Shown here one piece after another: positions 26,589 through 37,147 of a stretch of 50,681 nucleotides of DNA. Numbering within the stretch: the first letter of the stretch is position 1; each line of letters begins with the position of its first letter. The notes below the pieces were generated by a model that was given only the letters and a program-made list of their open reading frames with translations, was not told the origin of the DNA and did not search any database. Source of the stretch: an uncultured Eubacteriales bacterium (GTDB lineage Bacteria; Acidobacteriota; Aminicenantia; Aminicenantales; UBA8522); NCBI GenBank assembly GCA_964408495.1, contig CAYOZW010000002.1, positions 388-51,068 on the forward strand, given 5' to 3'. The position numbers were made by a program, and so were the translations under genes.

Positions 26589-27623
26589 CTATCTCCCGAA
26601 TTCGAGCACCATGAATGATCCCGGGACAACGGTGGGCCGGGGCCTCGGTTGTTCTGGAGTGGGCGCCGGGGCGGGGCCAAATTCCGCCGTCACGACGAAG
26701 ACGTGGTGCGTCTTCAGATCGAGCTCCATGGTCCTGGCGCCGCGGGCCGTCGGAACGGTTTCGAGAACCGTGTATATGTCGGCCGAATCCTGCTTAACAA
26801 CGGTCAATGTTCCCTCGCCATTCGAAGCAAAGACAAGGCCAGTCCCGGGGTCGTAGCGGACGGCGTCCGGGCCCCTCCCGATCGGGACGGTCGCGACGAC
26901 TTTTCCGTTCACGAAATCCGACACGACCATCACCTCGTCGCAGACGCTGAACAGGCGCTTTCTTTTCAAGTCGATGGCCAGCCCGCTCGGACCTTCGCCG
27001 GGAGCGATCGACCACCTTGTCTTGACTTCGAGCGTTTTAGCGTCGAAGGCTACGACCTCGCTCTTGTCCTCGTTGTTGACAAAGATCGTGCCCTCGCCGT
27101 CTGTGACAGCGAACTCGGGTTTGCCGCCGATATCGACGGTCCCGACAACCTTATTTGTGGCCGCGTCGATAGCCGTCGCGTTCGCGGTCCGGCCGTTGAA
27201 GGTGAAGACGCGGCCCGAAAAAGCATCGTACATGACGGAGTCGGGGTTCTGCCCGGATGAGGGGATTTCTTCCAGGACCTTATGCGTTTTGAGGTCGAAC
27301 ACAGAGATGCTGTTGCCGCGTCCGTTGGAGATGTAGCCGCGGTTTCTCTCCGGGGCGAAGGCCACGCCGTGGGCGCCTTTGAGGCCCGGGATGGCCTCTC
27401 CCTTGGCACCCGTATCGACGTTCAAGATCTCGATGGCGCTGCTGTGCGTCACGTAGAGAAGGCGAGTGGAAGCCTCCAGGGCTAGGTAATCCCAGCCCCC
27501 TTCCCCTCCAAGAACGTGTTTCTTGATAAGGTGATACCCGGCCGGCTTTGGAGCCTGAGCCGCCGCGAAGCCCGCCATCGTCACCGCCACAAGAACCACC
27601 AGACCGACCCGATAAGCTCTCAT
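26589..27623 (-). CDS. Exported YVTN/YncE-like beta-propeller repeat protein
   Basis: SD AAGGAG precedes ATG 27623. The signal peptide is MRAYRVGLVVLVAVTMAGFAAAQA. Repeated ~40-aa blades are visible (..RLLYVTHSSAIEILN.., ..GYISNGRGNSISVFD.., ..VFTFNGRTANATAID..). Confidence 0.8.
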   Translation of the reverse strand: MRAYRVGLVVLVAVTMAGFAAAQAPKPAGYHLIKKHVLGGEGGWDYLALEASTRLLYVTHSSAIEILNVDTGAKGEAIPGLKGAHGVAFAPERNRGYISNGRGNSISVFDLKTHKVLEEIPSSGQNPDSVMYDAFSGRVFTFNGRTANATAIDAATNKVVGTVDIGGKPEFAVTDGEGTIFVNNEDKSEVVAFDAKTLEVKTRWSIAPGEGPSGLAIDLKRKRLFSVCDEVMVVSDFVNGKVVATVPIGRGPDAVRYDPGTGLVFASNGEGTLTVVKQDSADIYTVLETVPTARGARTMELDLKTHHVFVVTAEFGPAPAPTPEQPRPRPTVVPGSFMVLEFGR

Positions 27624-27751
27624 GTTTGAATCTCCTTGCTTAGCATTGTACTCCGTTCTTCCGGCCCGGGCTATCCCCGCGGGGAAAGACCAGGACCGCC
27701 CTGAAAACATCGATCAACCTTGTCCCTTCTGGATCAAAGCAGAGCGCCGTC

Positions 27752-29923
27752 TCATTTCGTGCTGAAATACCAGACGAACTTGATCATCGCCACGGTCTTG
27801 TTCATCTGGATCCGTCCGCGGGGGTTAAGAGTATCGCCGAATTGGTTCAAGACAAAGTAGAGGTTCGCGCCCGGCTTGGGGATCCAGGTGACCCGGAGAT
27901 TGAACAGGACTTCGTCGTCGTCGTTGTTCCACTGGGCAAAGATCGAACCGAAGAGCTTCGGAGTCACCGAAAAATTCATCCGGCCGACGACCTCATCGAT
28001 GGCAAACCTTCCGGCGGGAAGTCTGATATCGGTCCTCTGGTAGGCAAGGCTCGTGCCGAAGTGTCTATTCATCTTCCAGGCCAGATCGGCCTCCCACTCG
28101 GTGCTGAAACCGTCATAGAATTCGCCCCAGTTGACGGCGGCGTCGGCGACGACAGGCCGCCCCTCGAACGTTTCGATCTGGATCTCCGCCCGGTTCGTCC
28201 AATACCGCCCGGCCGGGATGACGAATCCTTGCCGGATCTCGAATTCCTCGGTCAGGTTCTCGGCGTTGCGCTGGATGTTGAACTCCATCCCGTCTCCGCT
28301 CTTCAAGAACAGCCCCAGCGGCCGGAATTCCATATAGACGGACTGCATTTCTCGAGTGATGTCGTCGATGTAATAGTCGAGTTCGATCGGCTTGAATTCA
28401 AGCTTCCTAACCCAGGGGAGAAATTTCGGGCGGGGATTGATCTGCCACTCCGTCGAGAACAGCTGGTAGCTTGTCCGGCTCAGGAACCCGACTTCGGGAT
28501 TGAAGTCCTGGCCCACCCGCTCCCAGGACGCGTCGATTTCGAGGAGGTCGTTGGGGTAGCTGAGGAAGACGCGATGGGCGCTGCCGGTCGCGGCCTCGCG
28601 GTCGGAGGTGTAGGTCGCCGCGAACGCGCCGCCGACCTCAAGATTCTTGTCACCGAAAAGGCTCGAGGTGGAATAAAGGGCATCGAAACCCCCGGTTCCG
28701 TTGAACCGCCCCGTCTGAGTAGAACCGATAGCCAGGATTCCGATAGAAGATTCCTTGAGGACGTCCTGCTTCCATCGAATCAGGGAAAAATTCGTTGGCG
28801 CCGCGATGTCCGTTCTCGCAGTTTGGAGGACCATGACTCCGAGCGTCGAACCTCCCATTTTGCCGAGGAAGCGGCCGCCTCCGATGATGGGCGTTTCCTG
28901 CTCTTGATAGAGCCCGATCCTGCGGCTGTAGTATGGCCTCGCGCGGCCCAAGGGAAAATCGAAAAAATTCTGGGCCTCGAGGAAAAACTGACGCTTTTCC
29001 GGGTAGGAGATGGAAAAGCGCGTCAGGTTGACGATCAGTTGGTCCGATTCGACCTGACCGAAATCCGGATGGACCGTGAAATCCATTTTGACCGTCGGAT
29101 TAACGAGGTAGCTAAAATCCAGGCCCAGGTCCCCCACCGTCTTTCCTGGACTCTCCCTCTGTTTTTCCGCGCCCGCTAGGGCATAGGGGCGGAACTCGAA
29201 GACTTTCATCCGGGTCAGTCCCTCCAGGCCTTCGAGGGCGCCCGCCCGATTGACTTGCCGGAGGTTGGCGTCCCGCGACCAGCCCTGCCAGAGGACTTGC
29301 TCCCGCTTGTGACGGATATTCCTTTCGAAATTGATTCCCCAGGTCTGCTCATCCGCCGGGCTGAACTTCAGCGTAGAGAAGGGAACCCTTATCTCGGCGA
29401 ACCAGCCCTCGTCCGTCCGTGATGCGGCGACATGCCAAACTCCATTCCAGTCGGAGTTGCTCTTCCGGCCGTTATCCATGATCAGGGCGTCGTACTGAGC
29501 GCCGTTGGGGTTGATGACCAGGAAGTAGGCGTTTCGTCTGTCCGCGTACGTGTCGAGGACGATCTCGAAGTTGTCCTCGGTCTCGTAGTCAAAATCCCAG
29601 CTCATCTTCTGGGCGACGATCTTGTCCGCCTCGGCATCAAAGCACCAAACGCCGATATAGAGCTCGGTCCGGTTATAGAGGACGGCGACTTCGGTCCTCT
29701 CCGTCGCCGGCGCGTTCTCATCAAGCTCGCGCTGGGTAAAATTGGAGATATGTGGAGCTCTGGCCCATGCGGATTCGCCCAGCACTCCGTCCAGCTCGAT
29801 CGCGGAATCGATCTTCAGGGCCATGAGCGAGTCAGGCTGGCTGCGCTGGGCGAAAGACGAAAAGGGGGTGAGGAGGGCCACAACAAGCGCCGCATAGATG
29901 GAGAGGTGCCTACGGTACGTCAC
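27752..29923 (-). CDS. CBM9-like + DUF5916 domain protein, paralogue 2
   Basis: The start is GTG. The signal peptide is MTYRRHLSIYAALVVALLTPFSSFAQ. ELDGVLGESAW..LYIGVWCFD..DTYADRRNAYFLVINPNG..WFAEIRVPFSTLKF..WGINFERNI are present. Length is 2172 nt. Confidence 0.85.
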   Translation of the reverse strand: MTYRRHLSIYAALVVALLTPFSSFAQRSQPDSLMALKIDSAIELDGVLGESAWARAPHISNFTQRELDENAPATERTEVAVLYNRTELYIGVWCFDAEADKIVAQKMSWDFDYETEDNFEIVLDTYADRRNAYFLVINPNGAQYDALIMDNGRKSNSDWNGVWHVAASRTDEGWFAEIRVPFSTLKFSPADEQTWGINFERNIRHKREQVLWQGWSRDANLRQVNRAGALEGLEGLTRMKVFEFRPYALAGAEKQRESPGKTVGDLGLDFSYLVNPTVKMDFTVHPDFGQVESDQLIVNLTRFSISYPEKRQFFLEAQNFFDFPLGRARPYYSRRIGLYQEQETPIIGGGRFLGKMGGSTLGVMVLQTARTDIAAPTNFSLIRWKQDVLKESSIGILAIGSTQTGRFNGTGGFDALYSTSSLFGDKNLEVGGAFAATYTSDREAATGSAHRVFLSYPNDLLEIDASWERVGQDFNPEVGFLSRTSYQLFSTEWQINPRPKFLPWVRKLEFKPIELDYYIDDITREMQSVYMEFRPLGLFLKSGDGMEFNIQRNAENLTEEFEIRQGFVIPAGRYWTNRAEIQIETFEGRPVVADAAVNWGEFYDGFSTEWEADLAWKMNRHFGTSLAYQRTDIRLPAGRFAIDEVVGRMNFSVTPKLFGSIFAQWNNDDDEVLFNLRVTWIPKPGANLYFVLNQFGDTLNPRGRIQMNKTVAMIKFVWYFSTK

Positions 29924-29939
29924 GCTTTGTTCAGAGGCC

Positions 29940-30338
29940 TTATTTTATGATCTTCCCGCTGGGATCGACAGCCACGCCAATCTTTTGGCCGTCGACCTGG
30001 ATTTGAAGCTCATAGCTCTTTCCCCCCTCGGTCGTCACCTCCGCCTTGAGGATCTTGTAGCCGGGATAGGCCTTATCGAGGGCTTGAAGAACGGCGGCGG
30101 GGAGGATCTCGAGGTCCACAACGGCGTGCTCTCCGGCCTCTCCCTCTTCCGCTTTTTCGTTTTCCTCTGCTTCTTCTTCGTTCTCTTCCGCTTCTTCGGA
30201 TTCCACTTTTTCGACAGCTTCCCCCCGGGCTTTGATACCGGCGTTCGCCTGTTCCGCCTCTTCAGCCCGCTCTTTGCAGCCGACCGCAAAGAGAAAAACC
30301 ACCGCGAGCAACATGACCAAGAAATTTCGCAGTTTCAT
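29940..30338 (-). CDS. Lipoprotein with Glu-rich linker and C-terminal PepSY-like (BLIP-like) domain
   Basis: SD AAGGAG precedes ATG 30338. The lipobox is LFAVGC. An acidic linker (EEAEENEEEAEENEKAEEGE) follows. The C-terminus reads LPAAVLQALDKAYPGYKILKAEVTTEGGKSYELQIQVDGQKIGVAVDPSGKII. Confidence 0.7.
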   Translation of the reverse strand: MKLRNFLVMLLAVVFLFAVGCKERAEEAEQANAGIKARGEAVEKVESEEAEENEEEAEENEKAEEGEAGEHAVVDLEILPAAVLQALDKAYPGYKILKAEVTTEGGKSYELQIQVDGQKIGVAVDPSGKIIK

Positions 30339-30402
30339 GAAAATTCTCCTTTCTAAGTGATACCCGCATTGAAGATTATTTTTGGCTGGAGGTTGAAGTA
30401 CC

Positions 30403-31806
<1,404 letters not shown>

Positions 31807-32004
31807 TCACGCTGGAGCCGGGCGGGATTATTAGGTTATTCAGGTCCGTGGTCAACATGATATTAAAGAAAGCCGCGGAATTTCAAATGATTTCTGACCG
31901 AGCCCGGGAGCGAATTCAAAAAGAAGTGCGGCTTCCTTGACATCCATACCCGCCGCCTTTTATCATCCCTGACGATGGGAGAAGCAAGAAAAAGCGCTGG
32001 AACC

Positions 32005-33021
32005 ATGAAGGCGGCGGTCTGGTACAGCAACCAGGATATCCGCATCGAAGAGAGGCCTTTACGCCGACCTGGTCCCCGGGAAATGCTGGTCAAGGTCGTC
32101 TCCTGCGGCATCTGCGGGAGCGATATCGTGGAATGGTATAGGATGCCGCGGGCGCCGCTCGTCCAGGGGCATGAAATTGGAGCCGAGGTGGTCGAAGTCG
32201 GTTCCTTGGTCAAGCACTTCAAACCGGGGGACCGGGTTTTTATCGCCCCGAAGGTCCCCTGCATGAAGTGCAGCTACTGCCGTGCCGGACATTACCCGCA
32301 ATGTGCGGAGGTTAAGGAAAGGCTGCCCGGAGGGTTCGCCGAATACATCTTGGTCCCGGAGAAACTTGTGGAAAAGGGGACCTATCTCCTCCCCAATTCT
32401 ATGTCTCATGACCAAGCCACCTTCATCGAACCCTTGGCCTGTGTCGTCAGAGCACAAAGACTGGCTGGTTTGGCGGCCGGGCAGGACGTGCTCATCCTGG
32501 GGTGCGGGATGTCGGGACTGCTCCAGGTGAAGCTGGCTGGAATGAAAAACTGCCGGGTGGTTGCAACAGACATCAATCCAAGCCGATTGGCCCTGGCGGA
32601 GAAGTGTGGTGCGGAACTGACTATTTCGGCAACAGACGACGTCCCCGCCGCACTGATAAAACATTTTGGCAAGAAGGCCGACGTCGTCGTCCTGTGCACA
32701 TCGGCGCTGTCCGCCGTGGAACAGGCCTGGGCCTCTGTCGACAAGGGCGGTACCGTCGTTTTTTTCGCCGTCCCCGGGCCGGAGAAGCGCGTCGTCATCC
32801 CGGTCAATGATTTCTGGACGAAGGAGGTCCGTATCCTCACCTCCTATTATTGCGGACCTCCGGACATCCAGGAAGCGTTAAGTCTCCTGGCCGACCGGGC
32901 TATCGAAGTGGATTCTTTGGTCACCCACAGGCTGCCCCTTCGGGATATCGCCAAAGGCTTCCAGATGGTGATCGATGGGAAAGAAGCGCTCAAGGTCATC
33001 ATCCGACCCCATCAAGCCTAA
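32005..33021 (+). CDS. Zn-dependent medium-chain alcohol/polyol dehydrogenase (threonine/sorbitol dehydrogenase-like)
   Basis: MKAAVWY opens the protein. CGICGSD and GHEIGAEVVEVG are present. The structural-Zn cysteines are CMKCSYCRAGHYPQC and the Rossmann motif is ILGCGMSGL. Confidence 0.9.
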   Translation: MKAAVWYSNQDIRIEERPLRRPGPREMLVKVVSCGICGSDIVEWYRMPRAPLVQGHEIGAEVVEVGSLVKHFKPGDRVFIAPKVPCMKCSYCRAGHYPQCAEVKERLPGGFAEYILVPEKLVEKGTYLLPNSMSHDQATFIEPLACVVRAQRLAGLAAGQDVLILGCGMSGLLQVKLAGMKNCRVVATDINPSRLALAEKCGAELTISATDDVPAALIKHFGKKADVVVLCTSALSAVEQAWASVDKGGTVVFFAVPGPEKRVVIPVNDFWTKEVRILTSYYCGPPDIQEALSLLADRAIEVDSLVTHRLPLRDIAKGFQMVIDGKEALKVIIRPHQA

Positions 33022-33044
33022 TAGAAAAAAGAAAAAGGGGACGG

Positions 33045-33113
33045 AAAAAGGGGACGGTCCTGTTTTTTGCTGAGGGCAAATTCATCTTCAAAAAATAGGA
33101 CCGTCCCCTTTTT
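33045..33113 (+). terminator. Long hairpin (17-bp perfect arms, extendable to about 25 bp) after the dehydrogenase gene; probable terminator or structured repeat
   Basis: AAAAAGGGGACGGTCCT (33045-33061) pairs with AGGACCGTCCCCTTTTT (33097-33113). The inner GTTTTTTG/CAAAAAAT also pairs. The element ends in a T-run. The left arm is preceded by a tandem direct copy of AAAAAGGGGACGG (33032-33044). Confidence 0.5.
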
Positions 33114-33152
33114 ATCTATAGAAAAGGGATGCTTAGCTTGGCCAGTCAGCTA

Positions 33153-33181
33153 TTGAGTCCGCTACCCTTTTCCGCTATGAT
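33153..33181 (+). promoter_or_regulatory. Sigma70-like promoter TTGAGT-N17-TATGAT ending 6 nt before ATG 33188
   Basis: TTGAGT at 33153-33158 and TATGAT at 33176-33181, then ggcgcg, then ATG. No SD is present. This is a leaderless geometry. Confidence 0.45.
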
Positions 33182-33187
33182 GGCGCG

Positions 33188-34177
33188 ATGAAAAAAACGG
33201 CCATACTCGTATTTATCCCGCTTATTCTTTTGAGTTGCACCTTGGTGACCTTCGCTCAGAGTGTCCCAGCAAGGCCCGCCTCTCCCGCTGGCGCCCAGGC
33301 CAAGGATGAGCAGAAAGAGGCCCAGGCAGAACAGGCCCCGGTCTATAACGAATCCGCCGACGCCAAGGCCGATATCGTCGTGGCCGTCGCCCGGGCCGGC
33401 AAAGAAAATCGCCGGGTCCTCGTCCAGTGGGGCGCCAATTGGTGCGGCTGGTGCAGGCTCCTCCATAAGCTCTTCCATGAGGACAAGAATATCGTCAGGA
33501 AAATCCTCTACGAATACGAGGTTGTCTTGGTGGACATCGGCAAGTTCGATAAGAACACAGACCTGGCGGAGAGCTACGACACCTTCACCAACGGCTTCAA
33601 AAAAGCCGGCGTCCCTTTTCTCACGGTGCTTGGCGGAGACGGCCAGGTCGTGGCCAACCAGGATACGTCTGTTTTCGAGGCGGGCAAAGCTTATGATTCG
33701 AATAAAGTCCTCGAATTTCTGACCAAGAACCAGGCGGTCTATCTGGAGGCCGACGGAGTGCTTCGAAAGGGTCTCGAAAAAGCCGGCGCTTCCGGCCGGC
33801 GCGTCTTCCTCCATTTCGGCGCCCCCTGGTGCGGCTGGTGCAAGAGGCTCGAGGCCTGGATGGCCCGGCCGGACGTCGCTCCACTCCTGGCCAAGGATTT
33901 CATCGACGTGAAGATCGACCAGGACCGGATGACCGGCGGGAAGGAGATAAAGGGTCGTTTTCCAGGTTCTGAGAAAGCCGGCATTCCCTGGTTCGCCGTT
34001 CTTGATCCCGACGGAAAGATCCTCGTCGACAGCTCCTTCCAGGGAAGCAACATCGGTTTCCCGGCGACCGATGAAGAGATCGCTGCGTTCGGCGAGTTCC
34101 TGAAAAGGGGGACAAAGGCCCTCTCCGAAGCAGAGATTCAGAAACTCCTCGAGACCCTCAAACAGCCGCCGAAATAA
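33188..34177 (+). CDS. Exported tandem thioredoxin-fold protein (two WCGWC active-site motifs)
   Basis: The signal peptide is MKKTAILVFIPLILLSCTLVTFA. Two Trx-like modules are present: VLVQWGANWCGWCRLL (33440-33454) and VFLHFGAPWCGWCKRL (33827-33841). Confidence 0.85.
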   Translation: MKKTAILVFIPLILLSCTLVTFAQSVPARPASPAGAQAKDEQKEAQAEQAPVYNESADAKADIVVAVARAGKENRRVLVQWGANWCGWCRLLHKLFHEDKNIVRKILYEYEVVLVDIGKFDKNTDLAESYDTFTNGFKKAGVPFLTVLGGDGQVVANQDTSVFEAGKAYDSNKVLEFLTKNQAVYLEADGVLRKGLEKAGASGRRVFLHFGAPWCGWCKRLEAWMARPDVAPLLAKDFIDVKIDQDRMTGGKEIKGRFPGSEKAGIPWFAVLDPDGKILVDSSFQGSNIGFPATDEEIAAFGEFLKRGTKALSEAEIQKLLETLKQPPK

Positions 34178-34344
34178 CTTTAGCTCGATATTTGCGCCGC
34201 CTCCGGTTATGATCAGTCCGGCTTGACGTCCCCGCCGGCCACATTTATCATCCTTGACGACGGGAGAACAAAACACAGCGGGATGGATCTTCGCCCCGGG
34301 AGCGAAGCAGAGGTGCCAATTCATATTCCCAGGAGAGACACGCG

Positions 34345-35424
34345 ATGGACCTAAGAAATTACGGGTGGAACGAGGAACTGTCCGCGCAGTTCAAGGGCTA
34401 CGCGGAACGCGGACTGGTTCCGGCCCGGATCGTCAAGCAATCGCGCGACCTCTCCACGTTGGTGACTCCTCTCGGTGAGCTGCCGGGCGAGGTTTCAGGA
34501 AAGTTCCGGCACCAGACGGCAGAACAAGCCGATTTTCCTGTCGTCGGCGACTGGGTGGCGGTCGAACCGGCCGGAGACAACCTCGCCCTCATCCACGCCG
34601 TCCTGCCGCGCCGCAGCGCCTTCACGCGGAAGACCGCCGGGGAGGCCGTCGAGGCTCAGGTTGCCGCGGCCAACGTCGATACGGTGTTCCTGGTCAGCGG
34701 ACTCGATGGCGATTTCAACCTCCGCCGGATCGAGCGGTACCTAACCACGGCTTGGACGAGCGCGGCTGAGCCCATTATTGTGCTTAACAAGGCCGACCTC
34801 TGTGCGGACCTAGAGACCGTCCTCTCCTCGGTGGAAGGGGTAGCGCCCGGCGTGCCGGTCGTCGCCGTCAGCGCCCTGACCAAAGGCGGATTGAAGGACC
34901 TTGAGCTGTTCCTAGTTCCGCGGAAAACGGTGGCCCTTCTCGGCTCTTCCGGGGTGGGAAAGTCCACCTTGATCAATCGCCTGCTCGGGGAGGAGCGTCT
35001 GCCCACCGCCCCTATGAGCGACGCCGCTGAGGGTCGCGGCCGGCATACGACGACCGCGCGCGAGCTCGTTCTGCTTCCCGGGGGGGCGTTGCTGATCGAC
35101 ACACCCGGCATGCGGGAGTTGCAGCTCTGGGCGGATGAAGAGGGCCTGGATATGACCTTTGATGACATCGAGAAGTTGGGCGCGAGCTGCCGATTTCCCG
35201 ATTGCCGCCATGACCGGGAGCCCGGCTGCGCAGTCCGGGCCGCAGTCGAGGCCGGCTCCTTCGACCGCAGCCGGTTGGAAAGCTATCACAAACTGCATCG
35301 TGAACTGCGATTCATGGAACTAAAAAAGGACGTAAAAAAGCGCCGGCAACAGGAAAAGGCGGCCGGGCGGCGCTTCGCCTCGATGGTTAAGGAGATCAAG
35401 AAGCACAAACCGAGATACCGGTGA
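34345..35424 (+). CDS. rsgA: Ribosome small-subunit-dependent GTPase A
   Basis: The GTPase order is circularly permuted: NKADL precedes GSSGVGKSTLINRL. GRGRHTTT and DTPGMREL are present. The C-terminal Zn knuckle is CRFPDCRHDREPGC. Confidence 0.9.
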   Translation: MDLRNYGWNEELSAQFKGYAERGLVPARIVKQSRDLSTLVTPLGELPGEVSGKFRHQTAEQADFPVVGDWVAVEPAGDNLALIHAVLPRRSAFTRKTAGEAVEAQVAAANVDTVFLVSGLDGDFNLRRIERYLTTAWTSAAEPIIVLNKADLCADLETVLSSVEGVAPGVPVVAVSALTKGGLKDLELFLVPRKTVALLGSSGVGKSTLINRLLGEERLPTAPMSDAAEGRGRHTTTARELVLLPGGALLIDTPGMRELQLWADEEGLDMTFDDIEKLGASCRFPDCRHDREPGCAVRAAVEAGSFDRSRLESYHKLHRELRFMELKKDVKKRRQQEKAAGRRFASMVKEIKKHKPRYR

Positions 35425-35512
35425 GTGATTATCAAATCGGGGCCTTGTCGGCCCGGAATCCAGGGCTTAGCAAAAATGGGGGGTGGGGCTATTTATTTCA
35501 CCCTCTCCCAAA

Positions 35513-35535
35513 CCCTCCCCCGTCAAGGGGGAGGG
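35513..35535. repeat. GC-rich perfect hairpin CCCTCCCCC gtcaa GGGGGAGGG between convergent genes
   Basis: Read directly. It has a 9-bp stem and 5-nt loop. It uses the same CCTCC/GGAGG arm chemistry as the hairpin at 9735-9765. Confidence 0.4.
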
Positions 35536-35544
35536 ATAGACCCC

Positions 35545-35850
35545 TCAGATCCTCTTGATGGTCACTTTTTTCGTGTCCGTCCCGCCGTGCTTGGACCTGA
35601 CCGTAAACTCCACCCAGCCCTGAGCCCCTTCCACCTTCGCCAGAACACAGAACCGCCGGCTGTCCTTGCCTTTCAGCCTGAACTCCGCCCCTTTCTTGGA
35701 AACAACCTCGCTTTCCCTCCGCCGGCCATTCTTATTACCGATTGGATATCGTCCTGACTTCCAAGCTTCCCGTTGGACATCGGCGATCCGCCCTAATCCT
35801 CCTCTCTTCCTCCTTCGGCGAGGAGGAGGGTAGGCGGCTTGTCCACCCAT
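35545..35850 (-). CDS. Hypothetical small, very basic protein (101 aa from ATG 35850)
   Basis: It is part of track ORF 35545..36012. The ATG at 35850 avoids overlap with the GH27 gene. Third-position G/C bias looks coding in the C-terminal two-thirds. I recognise no family (..GRRRESEVVSKKGAEFRLKGKDSRRFCVLAKVEGAQGWVEFTVRSKHGG..). Confidence 0.3.
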   Translation of the reverse strand: MGGQAAYPPPRRRRKRGGLGRIADVQREAWKSGRYPIGNKNGRRRESEVVSKKGAEFRLKGKDSRRFCVLAKVEGAQGWVEFTVRSKHGGTDTKKVTIKRI

Positions 35851-35925
35851 TTTTTCCTCAAACTTGACTTCTCCTCGGGCCCGGCGATATGGTGAGCCGG
35901 TGAATCGATATAATGCGAGGTCAAG

Positions 35926-37137
35926 ATGCAACATATCTTGTTGGCAGGAATAATCCTCATTTCCGGACATGTATTGCCGGCAAAGCCGGGATTTGAAGCC
36001 GTCCCCCAGCAATCTGAGGTTGCCGACAAAGCGCTGCTCGCGCCGGCCCCGCCGATGGGATTCAACACCTGGAACAAGTTCGGCTGCGATGTGAGCGAGC
36101 GGCTAATCCGCGAGATTGCGGACGCGATGGTCTCGTCCGGGATGCGTGAGGCGGGCTACAGGTATCTGGTGATCGACGACTGCTGGCAGGTTGCGCGCGC
36201 CGAGGACGGCCGGATCATCGCCGACCCAGAGCGTTTCCCGAGCGGGATGAAGGCGCTCGCCGACTACGTCCACGGCAAGGGCCTGGCCTTTGGCCTGTAC
36301 ACCGACGTCGGCCCGAAGACCTGCGCTGGACGCCCGGGGTCCTTCGGGTCCGAGGACCTGGACATGGCGACCTACGCGGAGTGGGGCGTCGACTACATCA
36401 AAGTGGATTGGTGCCACGCCGATGATCTCGATCCCCGCGCCCAATACACAAATTTCCGCGAGGCCATCCGCAAGGCGGGGCGGCCGATCGTCTTGAGCAT
36501 CTGCGAGTGGGGCCGGAACGATCCCTGGAAATGGGCCCAGGGCATCGGACAGCTCTGGCGGGTCACCGCCGACATCCAGGACACCTGGGAAAGCATCGTC
36601 TGGATCGTAAACGCCAACTCGCGCCACTCCGGAGCGGCCGGGCCCGGCCATTGGAACGACCCCGACATGCTCGAGGTGGGGAACGGAGGGATGACCTTCG
36701 ACGAGTACAAGGCTCACTTCTCGCTCTGGGCCATGATGGCGGCGCCGCTCATGGCCGGGAACGACGTCCGGCAGATGACCGAGGAGACCAAAGAGATCCT
36801 GCTGAACCGCGAGGTCATCGCCGTCGACCAGGACCCACTGGGCGTTCAGGGCCGGATCGTCATCGACCGCGGCTACGGCGGCCAAGTCTGGATGAAGCCG
36901 CTCGCCGATGGCTCCGTGGCCGTCTGCTTTTTGAACCTCTCCTCGAAGGAACTCGAGCTCTATGTCCGCTGGTCACAGATCGGCCTCCCTCCGGGTCCGG
37001 CAGAGGTCCGAGACTTATGGGCCCACCGCGACCTGGACGTTCACTCGGACTGGGGCCGTCACTTCGATGAACGTTTCAAGACCATGGTCCCTCCTCACGG
37101 CGTTGTCATGGTGCGGATCAGGAAGGTCTCGTCTTAG
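35926..37137 (+). CDS. GH27 alpha-galactosidase / alpha-N-acetylgalactosaminidase, exported
   Basis: PPMGFNTWNKFGC, YLVIDDCWQ, FPSGMKALADYVHGKGLAFGLYTD and the nucleophile context VDYIKVDWC are present. The N-terminus is hydrophobic. Confidence 0.9.
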   Translation: MQHILLAGIILISGHVLPAKPGFEAVPQQSEVADKALLAPAPPMGFNTWNKFGCDVSERLIREIADAMVSSGMREAGYRYLVIDDCWQVARAEDGRIIADPERFPSGMKALADYVHGKGLAFGLYTDVGPKTCAGRPGSFGSEDLDMATYAEWGVDYIKVDWCHADDLDPRAQYTNFREAIRKAGRPIVLSICEWGRNDPWKWAQGIGQLWRVTADIQDTWESIVWIVNANSRHSGAAGPGHWNDPDMLEVGNGGMTFDEYKAHFSLWAMMAAPLMAGNDVRQMTEETKEILLNREVIAVDQDPLGVQGRIVIDRGYGGQVWMKPLADGSVAVCFLNLSSKELELYVRWSQIGLPPGPAEVRDLWAHRDLDVHSDWGRHFDERFKTMVPPHGVVMVRIRKVSS

Positions 37138-37147
37138 ATCGCGTCCA

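Noticed and set aside
33032-33113. Repeated 13-nt motif as a possible CRISPR or minisatellite array
   Set aside because: There are only two direct copies with no spacer, plus one inverted copy. The geometry is a hairpin or terminator-like element, not a repeat-spacer array. I saw no cas genes.
33146-34324. 392-aa ORF antisense to the tandem thioredoxin gene
   Set aside because: It is a shadow ORF. The plus-strand gene has a signal peptide, two WCGWC motifs and a promoter.
35425-35757. 110-aa plus-strand ORF downstream of rsgA
   Set aside because: It runs through the GC-rich hairpin and reads as Pro/Gly/Leu-rich filler. It is opposite the somewhat more coding-like minus-strand ORF.
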